This document shows positions 32,379 through 41,208 of a DNA stretch of 61,512 bases, one piece after another. How positions within the stretch are numbered: the stretch's first letter is position 1; every line of letters begins with the position of its first letter. The notes below the pieces were generated by a model, which saw only the letters and a list, made by a program, of their open reading frames with translations, had not been told where the DNA came from and searched no databases. Both the position numbers and the translations under genes were made by a program. The stretch is from Oculatellaceae cyanobacterium bins.114 (GTDB lineage: Bacteria > Cyanobacteriota > Cyanobacteriia > Elainellales > Elainellaceae): contig JANRJA010000228.1 in assembly GCA_033764315.1 (NCBI GenBank), forward strand, positions 1 to 61,512, written 5' to 3'.

Positions 32379-33234
32379 ACATAACCTCCAGTTCTGAGGT
32401 CTCAATTCACAGTAGCCAGAGCCAGTGTAGATGGATGTTGCAAATCCAAATTCTGACCAAGATTCAAACAATAAAGATTAGGGGTTAGAGGCACTGGGTT
32501 GTTAGCGACGGAATTTCACCTTTGGCTAAATACTCCAGCAGGGTTATTGAAAGACTGGATGGCACTGCATGAGACAAAAAATTAACTCGACATGAGAACA
32601 ACGATTAGAGTGGAGTCTTCACGCAAATAGTGTGGCTTAAAAGGTGGCGAATGAATTAGTTTCAGGCATTGTGAGTCAATTTTCAGAGTAATAGCAGACC
32701 GATTAGGGGCGAGATATGGACTAGCGAAAATCCATGCTACTGGGGGCAAATGCGTTGTGTCGCTATTAACGCATCTTGGATCTGAAATGACTGACTCAAT
32801 GGGGTGATTCAACAAGACTCACTCGATTTTCGGATGGGTACTTTTGCTAGGGATGGTTGCATCATCCGATAGGAGGCTGAGCCTTAGCCAAGTGACAAAG
32901 GATTAGGAGCAATGTAAAGCATAAGTGGCACCTCCAAAGGCGTGACCCGAAACTCGTACTTCCACACCCTAGCAACGGGATCAAAGACCTGCAATATTTA
33001 TTAGTGAAAAAAGCGAATTGTGATATTTAGAGATAAAATTCTCAGATTTCTTCAACAAGCATGTATCCATAATTTTGGCTAAAACCCTTTATTAAAGAGA
33101 AATATTAACATCTCAAATATTTGGCAAGGTAAGAGCAATTATGAGAAAATTTAAAAGATACACATTCTTTAGAGAGCCAATGTAACGAGATTTTTACAGA
33201 GTTCTAGATTTTTGCCCTCCCCGATTGGAGATTG

Positions 33235-34140
33235 TTAAACGCTCATTGCAACCGTGGCAATGGTCTCTCTCAGCCAAATATGGGTCGCATGATGACGAGT
33301 GCTGTGGTGCGATCGCATAAAAACAGCAAAGCCTTCTAGTGGCAAGGGACAGGGAAGAATTTTTAGATGTTGAGTTTTGGCAAACTCTGTTGCGACTCGT
33401 TTTGCCAGGGTAGCAACCAGGTTGCTGCGAGCCAGGATAAAGGGAGCAACCAAAAAGTGAGGAATCGACAGGGTAATGTGACGGCTCAGGTTCTGTTCGG
33501 CTAACAGCTTGTCTACCCGACCCACTCGATCTTCTTGGATCGACACTAACAAATGAGAAGCCCCAAGGTAATCTTGCAGAGAAAGAGACTCTCGAATGAT
33601 GGGATGTTCAGAACGGCACACACACACAAACTCTTCTTGAAAGAGCAATTGTTCTTCATGCCATGCGATTTGCTCTGGAAACAAACCACAAATCAGATCA
33701 ACATCTCCGCTATCGAGCAACGCCAGTAGATGGGGGCGATCGCCTGTACGGACTTGAATCTGCACATGGGGTGCGGTGGTTTCTAGTATTTCTAACAATC
33801 GGGGCAATACTACAAATTCAACGTAATCTGTCATACCAATGCTAAAAACGCGATCGCTGGTAGCCGGATCAAAATTTTGTTCTCGCAACAGTGCCGTTTG
33901 AATCTGAGCCAAGGCAGGTTGAATCTGTTGAGCTAGAGCGATCGCCACTGGAGTGGGACGCAATCCACCACTGCTTCTGACAAACAGTTCATCGTGAGTT
34001 AGGTGTCGCAATCGTGACAGAGCATTGCTGGTTGCAGGTTGACTTAACCCAATGCGTTCTCCGGCACGGGTGACGTGGCGTTCAGTCATTAAGGCATCAA
34101 AAACTACCAGCAAATTAAGATCAATCCCAGCAAGATTCAT
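33235..34140 (-). CDS. LysR-family transcriptional regulator (NodD/NahR-like)
   Basis: IDLNLLVVFDAL...SQPATSNALSRLR. Confidence 0.95.
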   Translation of the reverse strand: MNLAGIDLNLLVVFDALMTERHVTRAGERIGLSQPATSNALSRLRHLTHDELFVRSSGGLRPTPVAIALAQQIQPALAQIQTALLREQNFDPATSDRVFSIGMTDYVEFVVLPRLLEILETTAPHVQIQVRTGDRPHLLALLDSGDVDLICGLFPEQIAWHEEQLLFQEEFVCVCRSEHPIIRESLSLQDYLGASHLLVSIQEDRVGRVDKLLAEQNLSRHITLSIPHFLVAPFILARSNLVATLAKRVATEFAKTQHLKILPCPLPLEGFAVFMRSHHSTRHHATHIWLRETIATVAMSV

Positions 34141-34149
34141 GAAGTGAAT
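34135..34149. promoter_or_regulatory. Candidate LysR T-N11-A box
   Basis: ATTCATGAAGTGAAT inverted repeat overlapping the LysR start, in the divergent region. Confidence 0.4.
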
Positions 34150-34407
34150 AAAGCCTATACAGAATATCCATTAGACAAATGAATGATATCTGATTCAGAC
34201 TGGAAATGGGCTTAATTGCACAACCCCCCTTTGAAACGGAATGGGTTGAGTCAGCCTATTGGGTTTAGTGTTGCCAATCCATCAATCTCAACCCATTAAG
34301 GGTTCCCCTTTGGAGCTTGGGCATTCCGTCAAGGGGTGGCTTCATCAAGCCTTTGAGCACAGAGCAGCACCAAAATGTGGGATCAGCAACCGCACCATTC
34401 GTTTTAG

Positions 34408-34448
34408 GGTCGTCCTTACTCAAAAGTCATTACTTTTAGAAGACTACC
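34408..34448. repeat. Family E copy 2
   Basis: Matches 22234-22274. Confidence 0.8.
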
Positions 34449-34475
34449 AGTTTTAGAAGTACTAGGAGTTAAATC

Positions 34476-35114
34476 ATGAAGATCGCATTTGTTGGTGTTG
34501 GCAATGTCGGGGCACCGTTAGCCGATCATCTACAACAAGTGGGGCACTCCGTCGCGATCGCGGCTCGTGATCCCCAATCTCAAACGGTACTAGAGGCTCT
34601 AGACCGCAATCCTGCTCTGGTTGTTCAATCTCCTATAGAAGCCGTTGAGTCAGCCGATGTGGTGTTTTTAGCAACCCCCTTTGCAGCGATCGAAGCCGCT
34701 CTCACACCTCTCATCTCTGCTCTCAAAGGCAAAGTTTTAGTAGATTGTACCAATCCAGTTGGGGCAAACCTGACTCATGGATTGCAAAGCCAACTTTCGG
34801 GCAGCGAAACGATTCAACAATTAGTACCTGATGCCCACGTGGTGAAATCGTTTACCATTTATGGCTATGAAAACTTTGAGAATAGTCATTATCCTGGCTA
34901 TGGCGATCTGAAACCTGCGATGTTAATTGCAGGCGATGACGCTGCGGCTAAGGCCGTGGTTGCAGATATCTGCCAACAGCTTGGATGGGAGCCTGTAGAT
35001 ACGGGTGGCCTCTCAAGCAGCCTGCATCTGGAACACATGACATTGTTGTGGATTAAGATGGCTAGAGTTCAAGGACGAGGAGCAGACTTTGTTTGGGGAC
35101 TGTTGCACCGATAA
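34476..35114 (+). CDS. NADPH-dependent F420 reductase-like oxidoreductase
   Basis: GVGNVG Rossmann motif, DCTNP, VVKSF, AGDD; divergent from LysR. Confidence 0.85.
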   Translation: MKIAFVGVGNVGAPLADHLQQVGHSVAIAARDPQSQTVLEALDRNPALVVQSPIEAVESADVVFLATPFAAIEAALTPLISALKGKVLVDCTNPVGANLTHGLQSQLSGSETIQQLVPDAHVVKSFTIYGYENFENSHYPGYGDLKPAMLIAGDDAAAKAVVADICQQLGWEPVDTGGLSSSLHLEHMTLLWIKMARVQGRGADFVWGLLHR

Positions 35115-35239
35115 CGGTATAACGATAAAGCTGTCACCATTTTTGTAACCATCTCTCTAGCCGCTCAGACACCTATTACGGTAGATAAAGTAAAGCAATT
35201 GATCGCTTTTTCTCCTGTGTTTGGTCAATCGTTATCGTT

Positions 35240-36361
35240 ATGGTTATTTCTCCACAATCCACGTTTAAGGTCTCTCACGCTCAACCGTTATCTCGTCGGT
35301 TCCTCCTCATTCTTGCTGCGATCGCCCTACCAAGTGTGGGTCAGCCTGCGATCGCTGCTCCAGTTAATGCTCCGTCTCACGTCGTTGCTCAGGCATCCTC
35401 TCCAACAGGGACTCGACCGCTTCCTCAAATGGTGGTCAATCAAGTGTTGCTGGATGCGTCACAACGATTAAATGTAGCGCGAGATCAGTTGCAAATTGAA
35501 GACTATCGCCGCCAAACTTGGTCAGACAGTTGTTTGGGTTTAGGCGACATCAACGAGTCATGCGCTTTAGTAACCGTTCCTGGATGGCAAATCACCATCG
35601 CCTCTGGACAACAACGCTTGGTTTATCGCACCGATCTGGTCGGACGTATCTTTCGGCTATCGAGAGACTCACAAACTCTGCCCACTACTTTGCCTACTAC
35701 TTTGCGCGATCGCCTCTTAGAGCATGTCTCAAACCAAACTGGAGTGGCTGCCTCTGAGTTAGAGGTTGTGAGTGCAGAACCGCAGTTTTGGGATGGCTGT
35801 TTAGGCATCTATGTCCCTAATCAAGCCTGTACGATGATTGGCATTTCAGGATGGCGGGCGATCGTTAGTAGCCCGACTCAAAGTTGGGTTTGGCACATGG
35901 ACGGCACTGGGTCAAACATCCGCCTCAATGAAACAGCCAGCAGTGGTACCCTGATTCCCCAATTCATGGCGAGTGAAGCCCGTCCCTCTCTCAGTCCTGA
36001 AGTCGTGTTTCAGATGGTTCGTACGGGTGGCATCGCTGGACAAACAATGCAAGTCAGACTCCTGGCAGATGGGCAGATCGTTCAATCTCCACCTCAGATG
36101 ACTGGATCTTCGGTGCCCTATTTGCCCAAACGACTGACACCCGAACAAATTCAGCAATTCATTGAGTCTCTTGATCAACACCAATTTCAAAATTTCAATG
36201 GGTTGAGTTATCCTGCCCCAACGGGTGCAGCAGACTACTTCACCATCACGCTCACCAGTCAATCTGGCACAACTCAATATGTGGACATGGTGCAGAGCCA
36301 ATTGCCGCCTCAGTTACAAGACATTATTCAAACTTGGGATCAACTTCAGGATTGGCAATAA
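35240..36361 (+). CDS. Secreted hypothetical protein: two Cys-pair repeats plus an emfourin-like C-terminal domain
   Basis: Signal peptide; W(S)D.CLG...C....PGW/SGW twice; RTGGIAG and GAADYFTITL. Confidence 0.7.
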   Translation: MVISPQSTFKVSHAQPLSRRFLLILAAIALPSVGQPAIAAPVNAPSHVVAQASSPTGTRPLPQMVVNQVLLDASQRLNVARDQLQIEDYRRQTWSDSCLGLGDINESCALVTVPGWQITIASGQQRLVYRTDLVGRIFRLSRDSQTLPTTLPTTLRDRLLEHVSNQTGVAASELEVVSAEPQFWDGCLGIYVPNQACTMIGISGWRAIVSSPTQSWVWHMDGTGSNIRLNETASSGTLIPQFMASEARPSLSPEVVFQMVRTGGIAGQTMQVRLLADGQIVQSPPQMTGSSVPYLPKRLTPEQIQQFIESLDQHQFQNFNGLSYPAPTGAADYFTITLTSQSGTTQYVDMVQSQLPPQLQDIIQTWDQLQDWQ

Positions 36362-36407
36362 CCGCATTTATCCCGTTTCGATGTGAGCCTGCATTCAATA
36401 AAACGCT

Positions 36408-36722
36408 GTGGGACAAGGGGGCTTAAGCCCTTTGTCCTAACGCTAGTGGTGTATACACAAGTCCTCTCAGTCCCCTCAATTCCCCATTCTGGAGGACTTT
36501 GAACCTCACCAAAGGTCTTGAAGCACCCGAACTTGGAACCGATGCGAAGCGCGCTTTTGGGTTAACCTAAACACCATCTGCTAGGGGGTTTGGGGGAGGC
36601 AGTGGCGTCCCCCAATGGGGGTTTGGGGGAAACTCCCCCAATGCCTGGTTCTCCAATAATTGGGAGAAGAGCAGAGATCTGTATACACCGTAGCCCTTGC
36701 CAACGGGAGGTTGGGAGGGGTC
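36408..36722. repeat. Composite cluster of palindromic/MITE-like repeats
   Basis: AAGGGGGCTTAAGCCCTTTG (cf. about 41693-41710); nested G/C-run hairpins; CAGAGATCTGTATACACCGTAGC (cf. about 48519 and 48584). Confidence 0.6.
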
Positions 36723-36920
36723 GCATTTGCACTGTTTTCAAATTAAATGGGTATCACTCTATCGCAAAACATCGCTCCCAAAAGATCGTGTGCTTTGAGC
36801 ATACTGCATCGAGCCGAACAGAGCGATCGCCCCCTACCACTGTGGACAAGTACGGTGACGGCTTTAGAAAATTCTGATTGTGAACGCTAAACTCATAGCA
36901 AGAGTTTTGGCAGTAGAAAA

Positions 36921-39269
36921 ATGCAGAAGCTGGTAGAGGTGCTGATCAAGTTTACGCCATCGGGATTCGGCATTGGGGTCACGGCTCATGCCTTGTTGCA
37001 GCACCAATGGACTCAAGCCGGGATCATGGCGTTTTTCACAGGCATTACATCGCTGTGGATCAAGTTTAGCAGCGAGTTTATGAAAGAGGCAGAAGCCGAA
37101 GCCGCCAAACTGGGAGGTGGATTTGCCAAATGGGTGTTTGCGCTGTTGAATAAAGCGATCGCGGCTCTGCAAACTCGTGCTGTTCAACTTTGGCAAGACA
37201 TCACCTCTGACTTTGAGGGCAAATATTTTAAGCGACTGTCTTATATCTGCCGTGACTATGAAACGCAGGGGTTAGACCGGGGTCGAGGGCTAAAGCTGCA
37301 ACAGGTATATGTTTCAGTCCGGTTGTCTCAACAAGATCTGGCGGCGATTTCGCCCAACTTGCTGAAGCAACTCAAAGGTGAGGAAGGGTTAAATCGCAGC
37401 TTTGAGATTGGAGACATGCTGGCATTAATGGCGCGTCAACCTGAAGACTTTCGGCGATTAGCCATTTTGGGCGCACCCGGATCAGGGAAAACGACCTTAA
37501 TGCGTTACATCACTCTGAAGTACGTCACACGCCAACAGCGTCAACTCCATCCCAAAGCACCTCAACTCATTCCCGTGCTGCTCTATCTGCGTGAGATGTA
37601 TCCGCAGATTTTGCAAACGCCCCAGCCCTCTCTGGCAGATCTGTTAACCCAATGGGTGCAGGGTTTACAGACCGAAAACCCCTTAAAGCCACCATCTAAT
37701 TGGTTCAACAAACAACTCCAGCAGGGACGCTGTTTAGTGTTGATCGATGGCTTAGACGAAGTGCCCGACGAACACCAGCGTCAGCAGGTGAGCCAATGGG
37801 TCGATCGCCAAATGGCAAATTATTTGGAAACCCCACTTATTTTGACCTCCCGCAAAGCAGGCTATGAAAGTGCACAACTGCAAGAAAATGTGAGGGTTCT
37901 GGAGGTGCAACCCTTTACCTCAAAGCAGATTGATACGTTTGTGAAGAACTGGTATTTGCAAACCGAGGTAAACAGCCGTGGTGATGAGCTAGATGACGGA
38001 GTGCGAGACGCAGCAACGCAACAAGCGAATCACCTGTTGCAGGAAATTAAACGTCGCCCTGCTCTAAGGGAATTGGCATCCAATCCACTGCTGCTGACCA
38101 TGATTGCCACGGTGCATCAACGCGGCAGTAGTCTACCGTTAAAGCGGGTAGACCTCTACAAAATGATCTGTGAAGTGCTATTAGAAAAGCGATCGCAGGC
38201 AAAGATTGCTCGTCGCATTTCAGGGATAAATAACTCCCCTTTACCCGAAAGACTTGCACTCACCGCCAGCCAAAAGCGGGTGATTTTGCAACCGCTGGCA
38301 CTGGAGCTAACCCGTCGAGAAGTGCTGAAGTTTACGCTGAATGATGTATCGGCGTTGTTGCAGGAAAAATTGAATAGCCTGCCCGGAAAGCCGCTTTCCC
38401 CAGCCGAGTTCTTAAAACAACTGCGCGAAGTCGATGCGCTGATTGCCAAAGAACAGGAAGACCTCTACGAATTTGCCCATCGTAGTTTTCAGGAATATCT
38501 AGCATCCGCAGAAATCAAAGAAACTCATCAGGAAGTGTTGTTGCTTGACGCTCTGCAAACCTCCGATAAGTTGAAATGGTGGCAAGAAACCATGCTGTTT
38601 TATGCCGCTCAAGCCGACGCTTCCAATCTGATCGCAGCCATCTTGCAGCAACCCACCTTTGAAACAATGCAGCTTGTCTGTACCTTGTTGCAGGAGGGAT
38701 TAACCATTCGGCAGGAAGTACAGGAAGCATTACTAGCTAAGTTACAGGACGTGCTGCAACCGCTTGACCCAGACACCCTCAAACTGGTCACGCAAAAACA
38801 ACTGGAGCCGCGCTATTACAAACTGGGCTATTACTTGCAACAGCAACAGTGGCGAGAGGCAGACCAGGAAACCTGGCTCGTCATGATTGAAGTAGGCGAT
38901 CGCACCTACAAACGCTATCTTGACCTAGACGATATCCAAAACTTTCCCTGCGACCACCTGCGGATTATCGATCGCCTCTGGGTCGCCTACAGCAAAACCC
39001 CCGATCACCCCAACGGCAAATGGGGCTTTAGTGTGCAAAAGACCATCTGGCAAGACTGTGGTAGCCCAATGGACTACAATGACGAGTGGGAAAAGTTTGG
39101 CGATCGTGTCGGTTGGCGCAAGGACGGGGTTTGGGTGATCTACAACGACCTCACATTTGACCTCGAAAAACCTTTAGAGGGAAAATTTCCGGTGATGATG
39201 GGGTATTGGGTGGGTTGGTTCTCTTCTCTCGCGCAGAGACTTGTAGAGTCTAGCACAAGCCAGCTCTAG
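36921..39269 (+). CDS. NACHT (STAND) NTPase with C-terminal GUN4-like domain
   Basis: N-terminal hydrophobic helices; Walker A GAPGSGKT; Walker B LIDGLDE; NPLLL; FAHRSFQEYL; GUN4 motifs WREADQET, FPC..L..IDRLW, GFSVQK.IW. Confidence 0.92.
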   Translation: MQKLVEVLIKFTPSGFGIGVTAHALLQHQWTQAGIMAFFTGITSLWIKFSSEFMKEAEAEAAKLGGGFAKWVFALLNKAIAALQTRAVQLWQDITSDFEGKYFKRLSYICRDYETQGLDRGRGLKLQQVYVSVRLSQQDLAAISPNLLKQLKGEEGLNRSFEIGDMLALMARQPEDFRRLAILGAPGSGKTTLMRYITLKYVTRQQRQLHPKAPQLIPVLLYLREMYPQILQTPQPSLADLLTQWVQGLQTENPLKPPSNWFNKQLQQGRCLVLIDGLDEVPDEHQRQQVSQWVDRQMANYLETPLILTSRKAGYESAQLQENVRVLEVQPFTSKQIDTFVKNWYLQTEVNSRGDELDDGVRDAATQQANHLLQEIKRRPALRELASNPLLLTMIATVHQRGSSLPLKRVDLYKMICEVLLEKRSQAKIARRISGINNSPLPERLALTASQKRVILQPLALELTRREVLKFTLNDVSALLQEKLNSLPGKPLSPAEFLKQLREVDALIAKEQEDLYEFAHRSFQEYLASAEIKETHQEVLLLDALQTSDKLKWWQETMLFYAAQADASNLIAAILQQPTFETMQLVCTLLQEGLTIRQEVQEALLAKLQDVLQPLDPDTLKLVTQKQLEPRYYKLGYYLQQQQWREADQETWLVMIEVGDRTYKRYLDLDDIQNFPCDHLRIIDRLWVAYSKTPDHPNGKWGFSVQKTIWQDCGSPMDYNDEWEKFGDRVGWRKDGVWVIYNDLTFDLEKPLEGKFPVMMGYWVGWFSSLAQRLVESSTSQL

Positions 39270-39354
39270 AAATTTTTTAAGATTTGCAAATACAAGCTTT
39301 CTACACGATTTTCCGTCCTTTGCCGAATTCGTTACCTGGCACCAAAGCTTTTTT

Positions 39355-39387
39355 AGCTCCCCGGCTGCTTTAAGCAGCCGGGGAGCT
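39355..39387. repeat. Perfect 16-bp inverted repeat (REP-like / bidirectional terminator)
   Basis: AGCTCCCCGGCTGCTT-T-AAGCAGCCGGGGAGCT between the convergent GUN4 and transposase stops. Confidence 0.85.
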
Positions 39388-39392
39388 CTCAT

Positions 39393-40159
39393 TCAAGGGA
39401 TTGCAAACCTCAGTCCAGCTATGTTCGGATCAAAGCAATTTGCCAGCACAAACTTCTCTGCAACCTGACGAATTTCTTGAGCCGGGGCATTCCACTCATG
39501 CCAAAGCGACTGTTGTCCTGGACTGGTCTTCTTCTTGAGTTGGCTCTTTACTTTAATCTGTGCTAGCAGTTTCTTCCCCAATAATTTTTCTTCTCTGGCT
39601 TGGGTTGGGGTTTATACTTTTTGCAAAATTTGCGATACGCCGCTGCACAAATCTCCAGAGTTGCCCCCAACGCCAAAAACGCTGGGTGCCATTGAGTAAT
39701 GCCATCATCGGTTAACCGATCATAGCTACCATAATTGCTGTAATCATAAAACCAGCCCTGCTGCATGTTGGCGGCTTTGGGGTTGGCGTGAATATACCGC
39801 AAAGTGTTCAAGGCTCTGAGTTTATCGCTGATCGGAAACCCAGTGCTGTGATATCGTTTTTCCCAAAAATGCCCTGTCCGATTCATCATCCGGTTAAAGC
39901 ACATTGCCGTATACCAATTCAACCAGTGCATAATATCTGGCAGATCTTCTGGCTGGGCAGGTTCCAGTAAGTAATGCACATGGTTGCTCATGATGCACAC
40001 GGCATAAAGCTTAAAGCCATATTTTTCCTGACATTTCTGAATTGCATAAAGCAATACCTCGCGGCATTCATCTCGAATTAAGCGAAATTCTCGATTGTTG
40101 CAGCGCAGGGTGATGTGATAGCAATATCCAGGTTTGAGTTCACGTTTTTGTCGAGGCAT
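39393..40159 (-). pseudogene. RAYT-like (Y1 HUH) tyrosine transposase with a 1-bp frameshift near 39575
   Basis: YHITLRCNN, MSNHVH (HUH), GHFWEKRY, YIHANP. The reading frame continues as KLLAQIK... in ORF 39393-39581. Confidence 0.8.
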
Positions 40160-40225
40160 AGGACTTGCAGGTACAAAAATTTTCAACAAATGCCGTGCCC
40201 TTACACCCGATAAACACAAATTGAG

Positions 40226-40324
40226 TTAGAACCTGATTTGTCCATATAGAAGCGGTAGCAAACCAAGTTGAGAAATCTGATAGAGATATTGAATCGGTGA
40301 GGTATCTGTAATCACCTCAGGCAT
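40226..40324 (-). pseudogene. Truncated DUF3368-like PIN toxin (32 aa)
   Basis: MPEVITDTSPIQYLYQISQLGLLPLLYGQIRF*; overlaps the UPF0175 stop codon. Confidence 0.75.
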
Positions 40325-40568
40325 TAGTTAAATCCTCAGCTAATTCAGCTTCGGTCAGACGAAAGGTATCTATGCTGTAATCAGCAAGTTTGGTTAGGAA
40401 GACAGTTCGAGGAATACCTGCCAAATTTGCCGCAGCACCAGAAGATAGCCGACCTAGTTCATAAAGCTTAATGGCAACAACCAATAACATTTCCTGCCCC
40501 AAATCTTCAGGAGTGGTTTGCAACGCTTGCAGCGTTTCATCCGGAATGGTTAGGGTGACGGTGTGCAT
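40317..40568 (-). CDS. UPF0175 family antitoxin
   Basis: AIKLYELGRLSSGAAANLAGIPR..FL..L. Confidence 0.88.
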   Translation of the reverse strand: MHTVTLTIPDETLQALQTTPEDLGQEMLLVVAIKLYELGRLSSGAAANLAGIPRTVFLTKLADYSIDTFRLTEAELAEDLTNA

Positions 40569-40659
40569 GGTGGTAACTCAGGAGAATGCCGTTTTCTACT
40601 TTCAGCATAACTAATTTACCGATATTGCAGTGAGTAACAGATCGCTGAAACTAACACCC

Positions 40660-41034
40660 TCATTCCTCAGGCTCTGCCTGGGAACGTATACCATTTCTAG
40701 AAATTTGGGCTAAACACCAATATCCTCGTAAGGGCGTTTCGCGAAACGCCCCTACCGCCGATCTGGGACTGCGATCGCTTACGGTTAAGAACCTCAACAC
40801 AACATTTGGGAACTCAAACACAATATTCAAGTACTCCAACACGACTTTTGGAAACCTCAATACGATGTTGAGGTACTTCAACACAATATTCAAGTACTTC
40901 AACACGATATTCAAGTACTCAAACTCAATATTCAAGTACTCAAACACAACTTTTAGGAACCCAAACACAATATTCAAGTACTTCAACACAACTTTTAGGA
41001 ACCCAAACACGATATTCAAGTACTCCAATAACAT
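40660..41034 (-). CDS. Possible heptad-repeat hydrophobic protein encoded by the array
   Basis: Open frame (L/F)(K/E/R/G)(Y/F)(L/P)(N/K)(I/V)V with mostly conservative substitutions; runs into a REP, so it may be spurious. Confidence 0.3.
   Translation of the reverse strand: MLLEYLNIVFGFLKVVLKYLNIVFGFLKVVFEYLNIEFEYLNIVLKYLNIVLKYLNIVLRFPKVVLEYLNIVFEFPNVVLRFLTVSDRSPRSAVGAFRETPLRGYWCLAQISRNGIRSQAEPEE
40693..40763. repeat. GTAG-type REP-like element, family D
   Basis: GTAAGGGCGTTTCGCGAAACGCCCCTAC palindrome; copies at 17355, 45908 and 61046. Confidence 0.8.
40796..41026. repeat. Degenerate tandem array, 11 x 21 bp (consensus AACACAATATTCAAGTACTYM)
   Basis: Units in exact 21-bp register from 40796; two unit types interspersed; HIP1 sites flank it at 40771 and 41063. 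Confidence 0.95.
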
Positions 41035-41208
41035 GAACAACACAATCGCTTTACAAAGTTTGGCGATCGCCTCAGTACAATCCAGCAAATTGTTTAATTT
41101 TGATAAGAGGTTATCTTAATTTTTACGAAATTTTGCCCAAGGAGATGAGCAGAGGCAACCGTTAGAGTACAAGCATAAATCCCAGAAATTTTTTCAGGAG
41201 ATGCATCT

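Noticed and set aside
32480..33000. c-di-AMP or other known riboswitch upstream of the SDR gene
   Set aside because: I could not identify the conserved core motifs by eye.
36590..36877. 95-aa ORF
   Set aside because: Derived from the composite repeat cluster.
36921..40159. Classical diversity-generating retroelement
   Set aside because: No reverse transcriptase, accessory gene or template repeat seen; the target is not a C-type lectin fold.
40796..41026. CRISPR array
   Set aside because: Contiguous 21-bp units with no unique spacers, and no cas genes in the window.
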